A stretch of 64,000 nt of DNA, taken from a virus. Its lineage: Duplodnaviria; Caudoviricetes. Of this stretch, positions 9,624-18,123 are shown piece by piece. Under the pieces are notes generated by a model. It was given only the letters and a program-made list of their open reading frames with translations, had not been told where the DNA came from and searched no databases. The position numbers and the translations under genes are program-made. How positions within the stretch are numbered: the stretch's first letter is position 1; the number at the start of each line of letters is the position of its first letter. The DNA lies in IMG/VR virus record IMGVR_UViG_3300021091_000011. One strand, 5' to 3'.

Positions 9624-10185
9624 CGGATCGCCATTGGTTCTGGTGCTCGCGTGAGCAAAAGAACACGCCGAGTTTGTTTCCGGCGATTTCAGACGGCTTA
9701 CGCTTCAAAGGCGTACTGCAAATCGCGCAAGAAACGCCGCTCGTCGTGAGCGGCTTTGGCCTTACCGCGTGCTGTTCTTGATGCTCGCGTGAGCAAAAGA
9801 ACACGCCCGTCTTACTCTTCGCCACGTCCGAAGGCTTGCGGTAAAGGTCCACACCGCAAACGCCGCAGTTTACGAGCGACGCACCGCGTCTCTTTTCAGA
9901 CGAGGTTTCCACAACCTCGACCTCAATTGTCGGCTCGGGGATCGGCGCGGGTCGTGCCGTAGCCTTTATCTCCGCGAGATCCGCATACGCTCGCTCGATT
10001 GCGAGTTTGTGCGATTCCGCGTCAGGCACACTTGTCACTAAACGCATAGGCGTATCCGGCCTTTTCTCTGGCCTCGTCGAACGGCAACCTGCATACCAAC
10101 ACGCAGGGCTATTTGCGGGCAGACGAACCGTAGACAAGTGATTCAAGCAAACCCACGTTTGCTCGTTGAGCCATTTCGCTTTCAA
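9616..10185 (-). CDS. Zinc-finger repeat protein (homing-endonuclease-type DNA-binding fingers, no nuclease domain)
   Basis: Two repeats CGVCGVDLYRKPSDVAKSKTGVFFCSREHQ and CAICSTPLKRKPSEIAGNKLGVFFCSREHQ, plus an N-terminal Cys cluster. Confidence 0.7.
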   Translation of the reverse strand: MKAKWLNEQTWVCLNHLSTVRLPANSPACWYAGCRSTRPEKRPDTPMRLVTSVPDAESHKLAIERAYADLAEIKATARPAPIPEPTIEVEVVETSSEKRRGASLVNCGVCGVDLYRKPSDVAKSKTGVFFCSREHQEQHAVRPKPLTTSGVSCAICSTPLKRKPSEIAGNKLGVFFCSREHQNQWRSAN

Positions 10186-10235
10186 CGCAAAAACCCCGTC
10201 GAGATACAGTCGTTTGACTGTACCCTAACAGGGTT

Positions 10236-12431
10236 TCACGCCGCCTTAAAGGACTTGGCGACACCTTCGATCTTCTTGGCGCGGCTCGGGAACATCACGC
10301 CCTCAAGATACGAGGCAAGCATCGCGGGCAGGTTTTCAACCTGCGGGACCGAAAGGTGCTCGGGGAACATTTGCCCGACCGAAGCACCCGCGTAACCCAA
10401 GCCGATGCCGACGATCTTGATTTGCGCGTTTGCAGACACGCGAATCTGATTGCGGACCACTTCAGGGTTATCAGGCACACCGTCGGTAATCGTCAGCACG
10501 ATCCGGTGACGCTCGCTGCGCTTATTCAACTCTTGGAGCGCGTACTGAATACCGTCTTCGAGCGGCGTACCACCCGACGCCGTGATGCTCGGGAAGCGGG
10601 GCAGAGCCGTCACCATCGACTCGTTCCAATCCTTGAATACGTCGATTTTGATCGGCTGGTGACGATGGCATCCCACAGCCTCATCGTAATAAGCGCCGCT
10701 ACCGTTTCGCGGGCCAATAGCGAGCACCGGACAACCGAGGGAAGAAAGCGCGTCGGCAATCGCCACCGCACCCTTGACCGTATCCTTGCGAAGCCCGTTC
10801 ATCGAACCGGACTCGTCGATTACGAGCGCAACCGCGAGGCTACAATCGTTCTTCTTGTCCTTCTGGTAATCGGGGCGCGTCGGGTCCATGCCCATCGAAA
10901 TCTCGACAATCGAATCGACCATGCGACGCTCGCTCAGGTCCACGCCCTTTCGGACACCGTGCGTGTAAGACGGCGTTCGCGCGGCCAAAAACTTGTTGCG
11001 GAGTCGCGCACGCAGCGCCGCAATCTCCTTGCGGACGCTATCACGAATATTGGAACCCGATTTGCCTTCACGCACCGGAGCGAAAGCGACCTTATCCTCT
11101 TCGGGGCAAGGGGACCGCCACGGCCTCTCGCCTTTCGCAAGGTCGTTATTGAACGCAGCCGTAATCGCCTGCTCAAGTGCCTGCGCCACGTCTTTCACGT
11201 CCATCGTGGCGTCATGCGCGATGGCCTCAATCAATGCCGAGGCAAGTTCACGGACCTGATCGTCGGTGAGAACCGTGTGACCGTTTGCACCCTGCTCGCC
11301 GTCATTCGACTCGCCGTCGTCCCCGTCCTGATCGTCGTCCTGATCGTCGTCCTGATCGCCGTCGTCCTGATCGTCGTCGTCCTGATCGCCGTCGTCCCCA
11401 TCCTTCGGCTCAGGCTTATCGCTACCGCTACCGTTGCCATCCTTCGGCTCAGGCTTACCGCTACCGCTACCGTTGCCATCCTTCGGCTCAGGCTTACCGT
11501 TCTGCTCGCCCTTCGGCTCAGACTTACCGCCGCCTTCGGCGTCGTTCTCGTCCTGCCCGCCTTGCCCGCCCTCGCCCTCATTCTCGCCCTCTTGCGGCTT
11601 ATCCTGCTCCGAAGCAAGGTCGCGGAGAAGCAAGGCGATGTCCATCGCCATCCAAATCGCTTCCATATCAGCCGATTCGGGCAGGTTGATTGCCTTGTCG
11701 AGCATCGGACGCAACGGCCCATTCACGAAAGCGACCGCTTCGGGGCAAACCTGCTCGTAAAAAGCGAGCGCGGACCGCTGGCGCGGCGTGCCGTAGCCAA
11801 GCCCAAGGTCCCGAAAAACACAACCGATCATCGTCAAAAGCAAGTTCTCGGGCATCTGCTTCTCGAAGCCCTCTTGCTCCATCTTCAAGATCAAGTCTTG
11901 CAGGGCTTCCATCTTGGGCAACGCACCGGGAAACCGCGCGCAACCCAATCGCTCAATGCGGATATCCTCGATGATGTTCGACCAACCCATCATCACCGAA
12001 TGCTGGCTCTTCCAAAAGGCCATATCAGCCTTGCTCCATCGCTCGTTCAGCGGAGCCTCGATCTCTTCGCGCTTCAACGTCGTGCGCCGCGAGTATCGAG
12101 TGTGCCACGCCTCGTGGTACGCACCGCCGACGAGCGCGAGCGCCGTGCCCGCAGGCAAATCGTCCGGCGTCGCCGCGATCACGATATGCGGCGTAAAGTT
12201 CACGTCCGCGTTCGCCGTGTTCAGCAGACTGCTAATCTGCCACGACTTTCCGGCATAGTAGGACATCGCCGTGAAAAGCGCACGGCCCGTCCAACGGTCG
12301 CGGTTCATAAACCCCGAACCGTAGGATCGGACCGGACGCCGCACGTTCAGGTCGTGCAGCATACCGTCAACCGATTGCTGATGCGTCGCGCGCCACTTCG
12401 CGCCTGAAAGGGCCTTGAGCATGGTCGTCAC
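10236..12431 (-). CDS. CobT-like VWA-domain protein (MoxR/CobS AAA partner) with an acidic low-complexity linker
   Basis: N-terminal HEAWH and NIIEDIRIERLG; MIDAS motif VIDESGSM; SGGTPL; LTITDGVPD. ATG at 12422 is an alternative start given the AAGGAG RBS. Confidence 0.85.
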   Translation of the reverse strand: MTTMLKALSGAKWRATHQQSVDGMLHDLNVRRPVRSYGSGFMNRDRWTGRALFTAMSYYAGKSWQISSLLNTANADVNFTPHIVIAATPDDLPAGTALALVGGAYHEAWHTRYSRRTTLKREEIEAPLNERWSKADMAFWKSQHSVMMGWSNIIEDIRIERLGCARFPGALPKMEALQDLILKMEQEGFEKQMPENLLLTMIGCVFRDLGLGYGTPRQRSALAFYEQVCPEAVAFVNGPLRPMLDKAINLPESADMEAIWMAMDIALLLRDLASEQDKPQEGENEGEGGQGGQDENDAEGGGKSEPKGEQNGKPEPKDGNGSGSGKPEPKDGNGSGSDKPEPKDGDDGDQDDDDQDDGDQDDDQDDDQDGDDGESNDGEQGANGHTVLTDDQVRELASALIEAIAHDATMDVKDVAQALEQAITAAFNNDLAKGERPWRSPCPEEDKVAFAPVREGKSGSNIRDSVRKEIAALRARLRNKFLAARTPSYTHGVRKGVDLSERRMVDSIVEISMGMDPTRPDYQKDKKNDCSLAVALVIDESGSMNGLRKDTVKGAVAIADALSSLGCPVLAIGPRNGSGAYYDEAVGCHRHQPIKIDVFKDWNESMVTALPRFPSITASGGTPLEDGIQYALQELNKRSERHRIVLTITDGVPDNPEVVRNQIRVSANAQIKIVGIGLGYAGASVGQMFPEHLSVPQVENLPAMLASYLEGVMFPSRAKKIEGVAKSFKAA
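11312..11530 (-). repeat. Coding tandem repeats in the VWA linker
   Basis: 39-bp unit at 11400, 11439 and 11478 encoding KPEPKDGNGSGS; followed by (DQDDD)n repeats. Confidence 0.9.
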
Positions 12432-12450
12432 TCCTTAGTAAAGATTGTGC

Positions 12451-12497
12451 CTACACCATCCAAACGGTCGGGCAGCGCAGGAAAAACCGAAAATCGA
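12451..12497 (-). promoter_or_regulatory. Bipartite promoter-like motif, copy 1 (upstream of the VWA gene)
   Basis: Reverse complement GATTTTCGGTTTTT-N14-CCGTTTGGATGGTGTAG. Confidence 0.75.
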
Positions 12498-12498
12498 C

Positions 12499-12783
12499 TC
12501 AAAAACCGAGCCGCTTCAAATCGGCGTTCATGTGACGCCCAAGCACCTGCGACTCGGCTGATAGATAGGTCTTGCCGTTCACGTCCGTCTTGACAACGGC
12601 GTTCGTCAGGACCTTGCCCGCCTTAATCCCACGCGCAAGCCGATTCGCCAACGCGCGCTTCGTGTGCGGCAACGTCCAGCCATAGACGTCGCTACGGTCA
12701 ACCAGCCCCTCGGGAGCCGTTACGCTCACCTGAAGCAATCCGTAGCCTTCTGTAATCGTCACGTCAAACATCGCTTGCTCCAT
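12499..12783 (-). CDS. Hypothetical protein
   Basis: MEQAMFDVTITEG...; directly downstream of motif copy 2. Confidence 0.65.
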   Translation of the reverse strand: MEQAMFDVTITEGYGLLQVSVTAPEGLVDRSDVYGWTLPHTKRALANRLARGIKAGKVLTNAVVKTDVNGKTYLSAESQVLGRHMNADLKRLGF

Positions 12784-12794
12784 ATTGATTGCGC

Positions 12795-12842
12795 TTACAC
12801 CATCCAAACGGTCAGGCACCGCCCGAAAAACCGAAAATCGAC
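12795..12842 (-). promoter_or_regulatory. Bipartite motif, copy 2
   Basis: TTACACCATCCAAACGG-N14-AAAAACCGAAAATCGA on the + strand. Confidence 0.75.
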
Positions 12843-12965
12843 ATTCGCTTTTTCGGTTTTTTCAGGACTCGCCAACCGTTTAGATCACCCACTATGTAAA
12901 AATCAGGCCCATGTGCGCGCACAACGGTTGATTGCCTCGCAGAAAACCGAAAATCGACATTCACT

Positions 12966-13009
12966 TTTTCGGTTTTCTGCGTTCGGGATAACCGTTTGGA
13001 TGGTGTAAG
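12966..13009 (+). promoter_or_regulatory. Bipartite motif, copy 3
   Basis: TTTTCGGTTTTC-N14-CCGTTTGGATGGTGTAAG, then the RBS AGGGAG and ATG at 13036. Confidence 0.75.
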
Positions 13010-13035
13010 CACAACACAACAAGGGAGTGACGAAC

Positions 13036-13323
13036 ATGACGATCCAAATCACGAAGATCAAGTCGAACGGTGATCACACAACTTCTACGCAGGAAGTTGC
13101 GAAGGGCGTGTCCCCGCTCGATGCGCTCGATTGGGACGACGCCCGCGACTTCCTTGAAGGGTACGTCGAGGTCATCGGCCTCCGCACGGACGGGTTCCGT
13201 CACAAGACGTGGATGATGGTCGACGAGGATGGGCTTCCGAAGGCCCTCGCCCCGAACCACACGGCCAGCGTCATCGCGGGTCGCCGGATCGTCGGCAACG
13301 CGATCTGGATCGAAGTAATCTGA
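13036..13323 (+). CDS. DUF3846-like phage protein
   Basis: LEGYVEVI...MMVDEDGLPKALAPNHTAS..AGRRIVGNAI matches my recollection of the DUF3846 signature. Confidence 0.65.
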   Translation: MTIQITKIKSNGDHTTSTQEVAKGVSPLDALDWDDARDFLEGYVEVIGLRTDGFRHKTWMMVDEDGLPKALAPNHTASVIAGRRIVGNAIWIEVI

Positions 13324-13325
13324 GT

Positions 13326-13373
13326 CGATTTTCGGTTTTCCCAAACCGAACCATCCGTTTGGATGGTGTAAGC
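13326..13373 (+). promoter_or_regulatory. Bipartite motif, copy 4
   Basis: GATTTTCGGTTTTC-N14-CCGTTTGGATGGTGTAAG. Confidence 0.75.
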
Positions 13374-13521
13374 AATCTCAAGGAGCAAAGCCATGGAGTG
13401 TCCGCGACAGGACCGAGAAAGCCGCCTACGTTCGGCCCATCTTGGTCACAGAAATCAAGTATTTGCAGGACATTCCGGCGCGCATTATCGCAGGTGAACT
13501 GCCCGGTTGGGAGGTCTGAAC

Positions 13522-13980
13522 ATGAACGCACGAATCGAAATCACCGACCTGACCACGCGCGCACGCACGGTCAAGACGGTCGAGAACGCGCCGGACTACC
13601 CGCCACCCGCCGAAGACTTCACGGCGGTTCTCTGGACCTACGACAACGGCACGCAATTCGTCTGCAAGGCAAACAGCGTGACGCCCGTGCCCGCGTCGGT
13701 CGATTGCCCGACCTGCGGCGCACCGCACCACGCGAATCAACATTGTTTCGAGTGCTGGTTCTGGGACGACGTCGCACAAGACGCCGACGTGTTCGTCGTC
13801 AACGGCAACGCCTATTGCATGGGGCCGGAGAACGCCACCATGAAGGGCATGGGCGGCACCAAGTATCGCGTCCGGTCGCTGCACGGCAAAACCGAACGGA
13901 CGACGACGAACCTCTGGCACCGAGGCAAAGTCCCGCCCTCGCACCAAACCCGACTGCCCAACAACGCCTACTTTGCTTAA
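13522..13980 (+). CDS. Hypothetical protein with a CxxC...CxxC motif
   Basis: GGAGG RBS; CPTCGAPHHANQHCFECWFW. Confidence 0.7.
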   Translation: MNARIEITDLTTRARTVKTVENAPDYPPPAEDFTAVLWTYDNGTQFVCKANSVTPVPASVDCPTCGAPHHANQHCFECWFWDDVAQDADVFVVNGNAYCMGPENATMKGMGGTKYRVRSLHGKTERTTTNLWHRGKVPPSHQTRLPNNAYFA

Positions 13981-14042
13981 GCGTTAACAACGCTATCAAA
14001 GCCCATGAGCAGCAATAACCTGATTTTTACAGGCATGGGCAC

Positions 14043-14699
14043 ATGAACAAGATTTCTTCTCAAGACCGAAGCGCGCTGATTAAATTAGCCGCAAGTCTGC
14101 CGCTCGGCTCTGCCGAGCGCAGGGTGATCCTCGCCGGAATCGGATACCGTTGGCTACCCGAGAACATTCGCGGGACATCGCCAAATGTCCCTTCTGAAAA
14201 CACGGACCTCGAAATCTGGACCTATGAAGTCGCCGGAAAGCCCTACGCCATCGCGTATCAGGGCAAGTCTAGCAAGCCGCTGTTTTACTCGTTGTTCCGA
14301 AGTGAAGAACAACGCCGGAACACGATTCAAAATGCAATCAATAGCCGCAAGTCGGCTATTGAAAGCAAAGCGTTGCGACGCAAAGAGCGTAGTGAGTATC
14401 AGCACACGCTCAAAGTGGGCGACATCCTCTACTCTAGTTGGGGATACGACCAAACCAACGTCGACTTCTACGAAGTCGTAGGCGTCAGCGGCAAAGCCGT
14501 CGCCATTCGTGAGATCGAACAGCGCGTGGTCGAAGGCAATGACTTTACAGAGAGGGTCGCCCCCATGCCGCGAAAGTATATCGGCCCCGTGCTAAAGAAA
14601 ATCCCGCGCGATAACTTCGTGCGCCTGAATAGTTTTTCAATTGCTCGGCTTTGGGACGGCAAGCCGAAGACGCAATCCGGCCCATACGGAGGCCACTAA
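14043..14699 (+). CDS. Leader-tagged protein with a common phage domain (SWGYDQTNVDFYEV)
   Basis: Starts MNKISSQDRSALIKLAASLPLGSAERRVILAG; C-terminal GDILYSSWGYDQTNVDFYEVV. Confidence 0.8.
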   Translation: MNKISSQDRSALIKLAASLPLGSAERRVILAGIGYRWLPENIRGTSPNVPSENTDLEIWTYEVAGKPYAIAYQGKSSKPLFYSLFRSEEQRRNTIQNAINSRKSAIESKALRRKERSEYQHTLKVGDILYSSWGYDQTNVDFYEVVGVSGKAVAIREIEQRVVEGNDFTERVAPMPRKYIGPVLKKIPRDNFVRLNSFSIARLWDGKPKTQSGPYGGH

Positions 14700-14748
14700 G
14701 TCCTTTTACTTAGCCTATCACGCCAACCGTAGGCAGGAGACCGATTAC

Positions 14749-15126
14749 ATGAACAAGATTTCTTCGCAAGACCGAAGCGCGCTGATCAAGTTGGCATCAA
14801 GTCTGCCCGCAGGCGACGAAACCCGTCGCGCGATTCTCGCAGGCTTGACCAAACTCGCCGCCCCCTACAAGCACGACAGCACCACCAGCGGTGGTAAGCG
14901 TTGCCGCAATCAATCCTGCGGCGGCGTCGGCGCACCGGGCAAAGGTTTATCCGAGTACGACCTGCTCGCAAACTACGGCGATCACGTCGGCACCGACCAC
15001 GATCCCCAAAAGAATATGGCGGGCTATATGCGTTGGTGGCGTGAAAACCAAGGTCAACACAAAGACCGCACCGTGAGCCCCACGGGTGCAGGCAACGAGA
15101 CTTTCAATCCTCAAAAGAAGAAGTAA
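14749..15126 (+). CDS. Leader-tagged small protein
   Basis: GCAGGAG RBS; MNKISSQDRSALIKLASSLPAGDETRRAILAGLTKLAA followed by an unrelated ~90-aa domain. Confidence 0.75.
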   Translation: MNKISSQDRSALIKLASSLPAGDETRRAILAGLTKLAAPYKHDSTTSGGKRCRNQSCGGVGAPGKGLSEYDLLANYGDHVGTDHDPQKNMAGYMRWWRENQGQHKDRTVSPTGAGNETFNPQKKK

Positions 15127-15269
15127 GTAAGTCTCCCCCCCTAGCCCTTAGAAAAGCCCTCTCGCTCGCGCAAGAGGGGCTTTTTTTATGCCCAAAAAGC
15201 GTATGATCACGCTATGCCTAGCAACACCGTCAGACTGATTCTCGGCGATAGCCTTGTCAAACTCAAAGA
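15061..15269. repeat. 209/210-bp direct repeat, copy 1
   Basis: Near-identical to 16599-16808; contains the 3' end of the 14749 gene, a terminator and the first 19 codons of the methyltransferase. Confidence 0.92.
15152..15187 (+). terminator. Rho-independent terminator
   Basis: AGCCCTCT-loop-AGAGGGGCT followed by T7. Confidence 0.8.
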
Positions 15270-15303
15270 TTTCTTAATCCGGCTATACCAATCTAACGCT
15301 TAG
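15214..15303 (+). pseudogene. Truncated start of the methyltransferase N-half
   Basis: MPSNTVRLILGDSLVKLKD is identical to the 16753 protein, then diverges and stops. Confidence 0.8.
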
Positions 15304-15325
15304 ATTATCTTGAAGGTGTATAGAC

Positions 15326-16441
15326 ATGAGCATGATTTCGCGGGTTGCGCAGAGATTCTTGCAGGCAGACGCAGTCAAAATTCATTGGTGGTTTCTTGAC
15401 GCGCATGAGGACCCGACCGTCAAACGTGCCGCAGAACGGCTATGGGGTTCCGTCGGTTCCGGGCTGGCTGAGATTGCCCCCATAAATGCGAGACTGCGGG
15501 CAATGAAACCCGAGGACGCGCACACGCCCAACGGTTTTCAGACGGTGCGCGCCGACGTGAGTCTCGTTACAAGTCCGCAAGTAGAGGGCGTCGCTTTGCA
15601 CTTGGATTTTTCTTTGGACGGCCGGACGGTCCTGTTCAACTCCAAGTTGAGAGTCAATCACCCGAAGTTTGCGGCTTTGCATGGTAAGAAAGCAACGCCG
15701 GCCAAGATTCTGTCAATTCTCTTTGCGGACTTCACGCAAAAGAAAGCCGAGTCCAATGCGTTTCAAGACGAACTCGACGCGGAATATGCACGGGTTCGGG
15801 CAAACTTTCAGACGCAAGCCGAGGACTTCGCCAAGTTTCTAGCCTTCCAGATTCCCACACTTCGGTCCAACGTCCCGGCGATTACCGGGAGTGTCAAGTC
15901 CGTCACGGCTTCCGAGAATGGCTTTTCGGTCGTGTCGGAGTTCAAGACCGCCACGGGCAAGCCTTATCAGATAGGGTGTGACGTCCGAAACGGAACGTTG
16001 CAAATCACACGTTCTGACGGTAAGCCCGGGTCTAAGTTCTCGATAGACTCCGGGGACACACGTTCAGTCGGCAACGCCGTCCATCATGTTTTGAGTGTGG
16101 CCCGTGGCATTGCCAGTAGTGAGAGTCAGGCGTCGGACAAGGTGACGGCTCTGATTCAAGCCACGCGGACGGAAAAGGGCGGGCGAAACCGTAAGGTTTC
16201 GTTTATTCCTGGGAAGACCCCGCGTTGGGACGTTCGACCGGACACGCCGAAGTCTTTGGACCATTACGGTCCTGACGGTTGGGACGAAGACGCGTGGACG
16301 GAAGAATACGCGGAGCCGATTGAGACGGCGGTGCTCGCCGAGTTAGACGCCGCTTTTGGACGCGGTATGTTCCACATCGACGTAGAAGAGAACGGTGATT
16401 TCACCGTTTACGCGACTCCGGCTGGTGCCCGACTGTTCTAG
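15326..16441 (+). CDS. Hypothetical protein with an N-terminal RVAQRFLQA tag, lying between the 209-bp direct repeats
   Basis: 371-aa ORF starting MSMISRVAQRFLQAD. Confidence 0.75.
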   Translation: MSMISRVAQRFLQADAVKIHWWFLDAHEDPTVKRAAERLWGSVGSGLAEIAPINARLRAMKPEDAHTPNGFQTVRADVSLVTSPQVEGVALHLDFSLDGRTVLFNSKLRVNHPKFAALHGKKATPAKILSILFADFTQKKAESNAFQDELDAEYARVRANFQTQAEDFAKFLAFQIPTLRSNVPAITGSVKSVTASENGFSVVSEFKTATGKPYQIGCDVRNGTLQITRSDGKPGSKFSIDSGDTRSVGNAVHHVLSVARGIASSESQASDKVTALIQATRTEKGGRNRKVSFIPGKTPRWDVRPDTPKSLDHYGPDGWDEDAWTEEYAEPIETAVLAELDAAFGRGMFHIDVEENGDFTVYATPAGARLF

Positions 16442-16598
16442 TCGACGAGCTTCTTGACGAGAGCCTCGATGCGGGCCGACAAATGGGTCCGCACGATTTC
16501 GTCCGTGGCCTTACGTCCCGAATCAAGAAATCCGTCGGGAGTATTTGAGACGAATCGAACGTCTTAATAACGCTCAGGCGGCGAGCGAGGCGGTCAAA

Positions 16599-16808
16599 AA
16601 AGACCGCACCGTGAGCCCCACGGGTGCAGGCAACGAGACTTTCAATCCTCAAAAGAAGAAGTAAGTAAGTCTCCCCCCCTAGCCCTTAGAAAAGCCCCTC
16701 TCGCTCGCGCAAGAGGGGCTTTTTTTATGCCCAAAAAGCGTATGATCACGCTATGCCTAGCAACACCGTTAGACTGATTCTCGGCGATAGCCTAGTCAAA
16801 CTCAAAGA
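16599..16808. repeat. 209/210-bp direct repeat, copy 2
   Basis: Matches 15061-15269 with a few substitutions and one extra C in the terminator stem. Confidence 0.92.
16689..16726 (+). terminator. Rho-independent terminator (duplicate)
   Basis: AGCCCCTCT-loop-AGAGGGGCT followed by a T-run. Confidence 0.8.
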
Positions 16809-17406
16809 CCTAGCGCCAAACTCAGTAGACGCCGTAGTTTCAGACCCACCCTATGAATTAACCGCTAACAAAAAAGGCGGCTCAGGGGTTGCCAGCATCA
16901 ATCTTGAAAGTCCATACGGACGTTCACGGATCGGAACGGGCAACGGCGGCGGCTTTATGGGTATGAAATGGGATTCGACCGGAATCGCCTTTTCACCCGA
17001 ACTTTGGGGCGAATGCTTTAGGATTCTAAAACCTAACGGCGTTATCAAAGCCTTTTCAGGCACGAGAACTTTTCACCGAATGACCCAAGCCCTGAAAAAA
17101 TCAGGATTCGTAGACTTTGAAATTCACGCTTGGACTTACGGCTCAGGCTTCCCGAAGTCTATGGACGTGAGCAAGCAGATCGACAAGGCGGCGGGCGCGG
17201 AGCGGGAAGTGGTGGGGCGTGTGGCAGGCATGGGTAAGCAAAACCCTGAATGGAACGGCACCGCACAAGGACGCGCTGAAAACTCGTTCAAGTCGGAATA
17301 TGATGCAACCGCACCCGCCACCGATGCCGCTCGGCAATGGTCCGGGTGGGGCACCGCTCTAAAGCCCGCTTGGGAACCAATCATCGTCGCAAGAAAGCCA
17401 ATATGA
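16753..17406 (+). CDS. N4/N6 DNA methyltransferase, N-terminal part (motif IV DPPY; no SAM-binding motif I)
   Basis: LILGDS, VDAVVSDPPY, FMGMKWD, ECFRILKPNG, WTYGSGFPKS, TALKPAWEPIIVARKPI. Confidence 0.88.
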   Translation: MPSNTVRLILGDSLVKLKDLAPNSVDAVVSDPPYELTANKKGGSGVASINLESPYGRSRIGTGNGGGFMGMKWDSTGIAFSPELWGECFRILKPNGVIKAFSGTRTFHRMTQALKKSGFVDFEIHAWTYGSGFPKSMDVSKQIDKAAGAEREVVGRVAGMGKQNPEWNGTAQGRAENSFKSEYDATAPATDAARQWSGWGTALKPAWEPIIVARKPI

Positions 17407-17489
17407 TCATCCACGTCTTGAGAAAGCCGTTGTCAGACACGGTCGCTCAAAACGCCTTGGCTCATGGAGCCGGAGCAAGGTGCCATTGA
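17403..17489 (+). pseudogene. Truncated copy of the methyltransferase second part
   Basis: MIIHVLRKPLSDTVAQNALAHGAGA, then interrupted at about 17478 by the inverted endonuclease remnant. Confidence 0.8.
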
Positions 17490-18074
17490 ATTCTAAAGCC
17501 GCCCCCATTTCAGGCAGGAAATAGTCTAGTACGGTCCCATAGCGACCATTTGGCCCCCGTAGATAATACTGATGTACGCAGGGCACACCTAGACGTTGAA
17601 GCACATCACCAACTTTCATTTCTAAGCCCGAGACGCGGGGTATACGGCCTTCCGCAATCGCCAAAGAAGTTGTCTGAGATAACTTGGCCTTGGTTTCTTC
17701 CGTGTGCTGATAGTTGCCCGCCGCCTTTCGGCGAACATTCATCTCACGTCGACGTTCGGCCTGCGCTTGTCGGGTAGCCTCTGGAATGATATAGGGCGTT
17801 TCTACTTTCCGACCTACCAAGCCCATCGAGCGAGCCTGATAGGAGCATTTGCGGGAGCATAAAAACGCCGTGGTCTTCGACCGAGCCACCACCGAAGGTG
17901 GTCTGGTTACAGGAGTGCCGCAAACTCCACAAGATTTTGCGATTGAGAGGGTGTTGCTCTGCCCCACAGGGCGTGAGAGCATTTACGAGAACAAGTCGTC
18001 TGCCGCCCATGTAATAAGCGGGTAGGGTCTGCTTGGTATAGGTCCCCGCAAACGGGGCAAAGTCGTTCAATCAC
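17478..18074 (-). pseudogene. Homing endonuclease remnant (Zn fingers + NUMOD3-like + Vsr/DUF559-like domain), frameshifted and truncated
   Basis: GTG at 18074 gives IERLCPVCGDLYQADPTRLLHGRQTTCSRKCS. A different frame carries CGVCG...FLCSRKCS, HTEETKAKLS and SGLEMKV...VLDYFLPEMGAALEFNGT, cut before the expected WH. Confidence 0.75.
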
Positions 18075-18123
18075 GAGGTCACCACCTATGACAAATGAGG
18101 GAAACGGTCGTAGGGAGGGTCAG

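Noticed and set aside
10356-12407. 683-aa plus-strand ORF
   Set aside because: Antisense shadow of the VWA gene; Arg/Val/Leu-rich with no motifs. The same applies to 27609-28622 (minus) and many short ORFs opposite the large genes.
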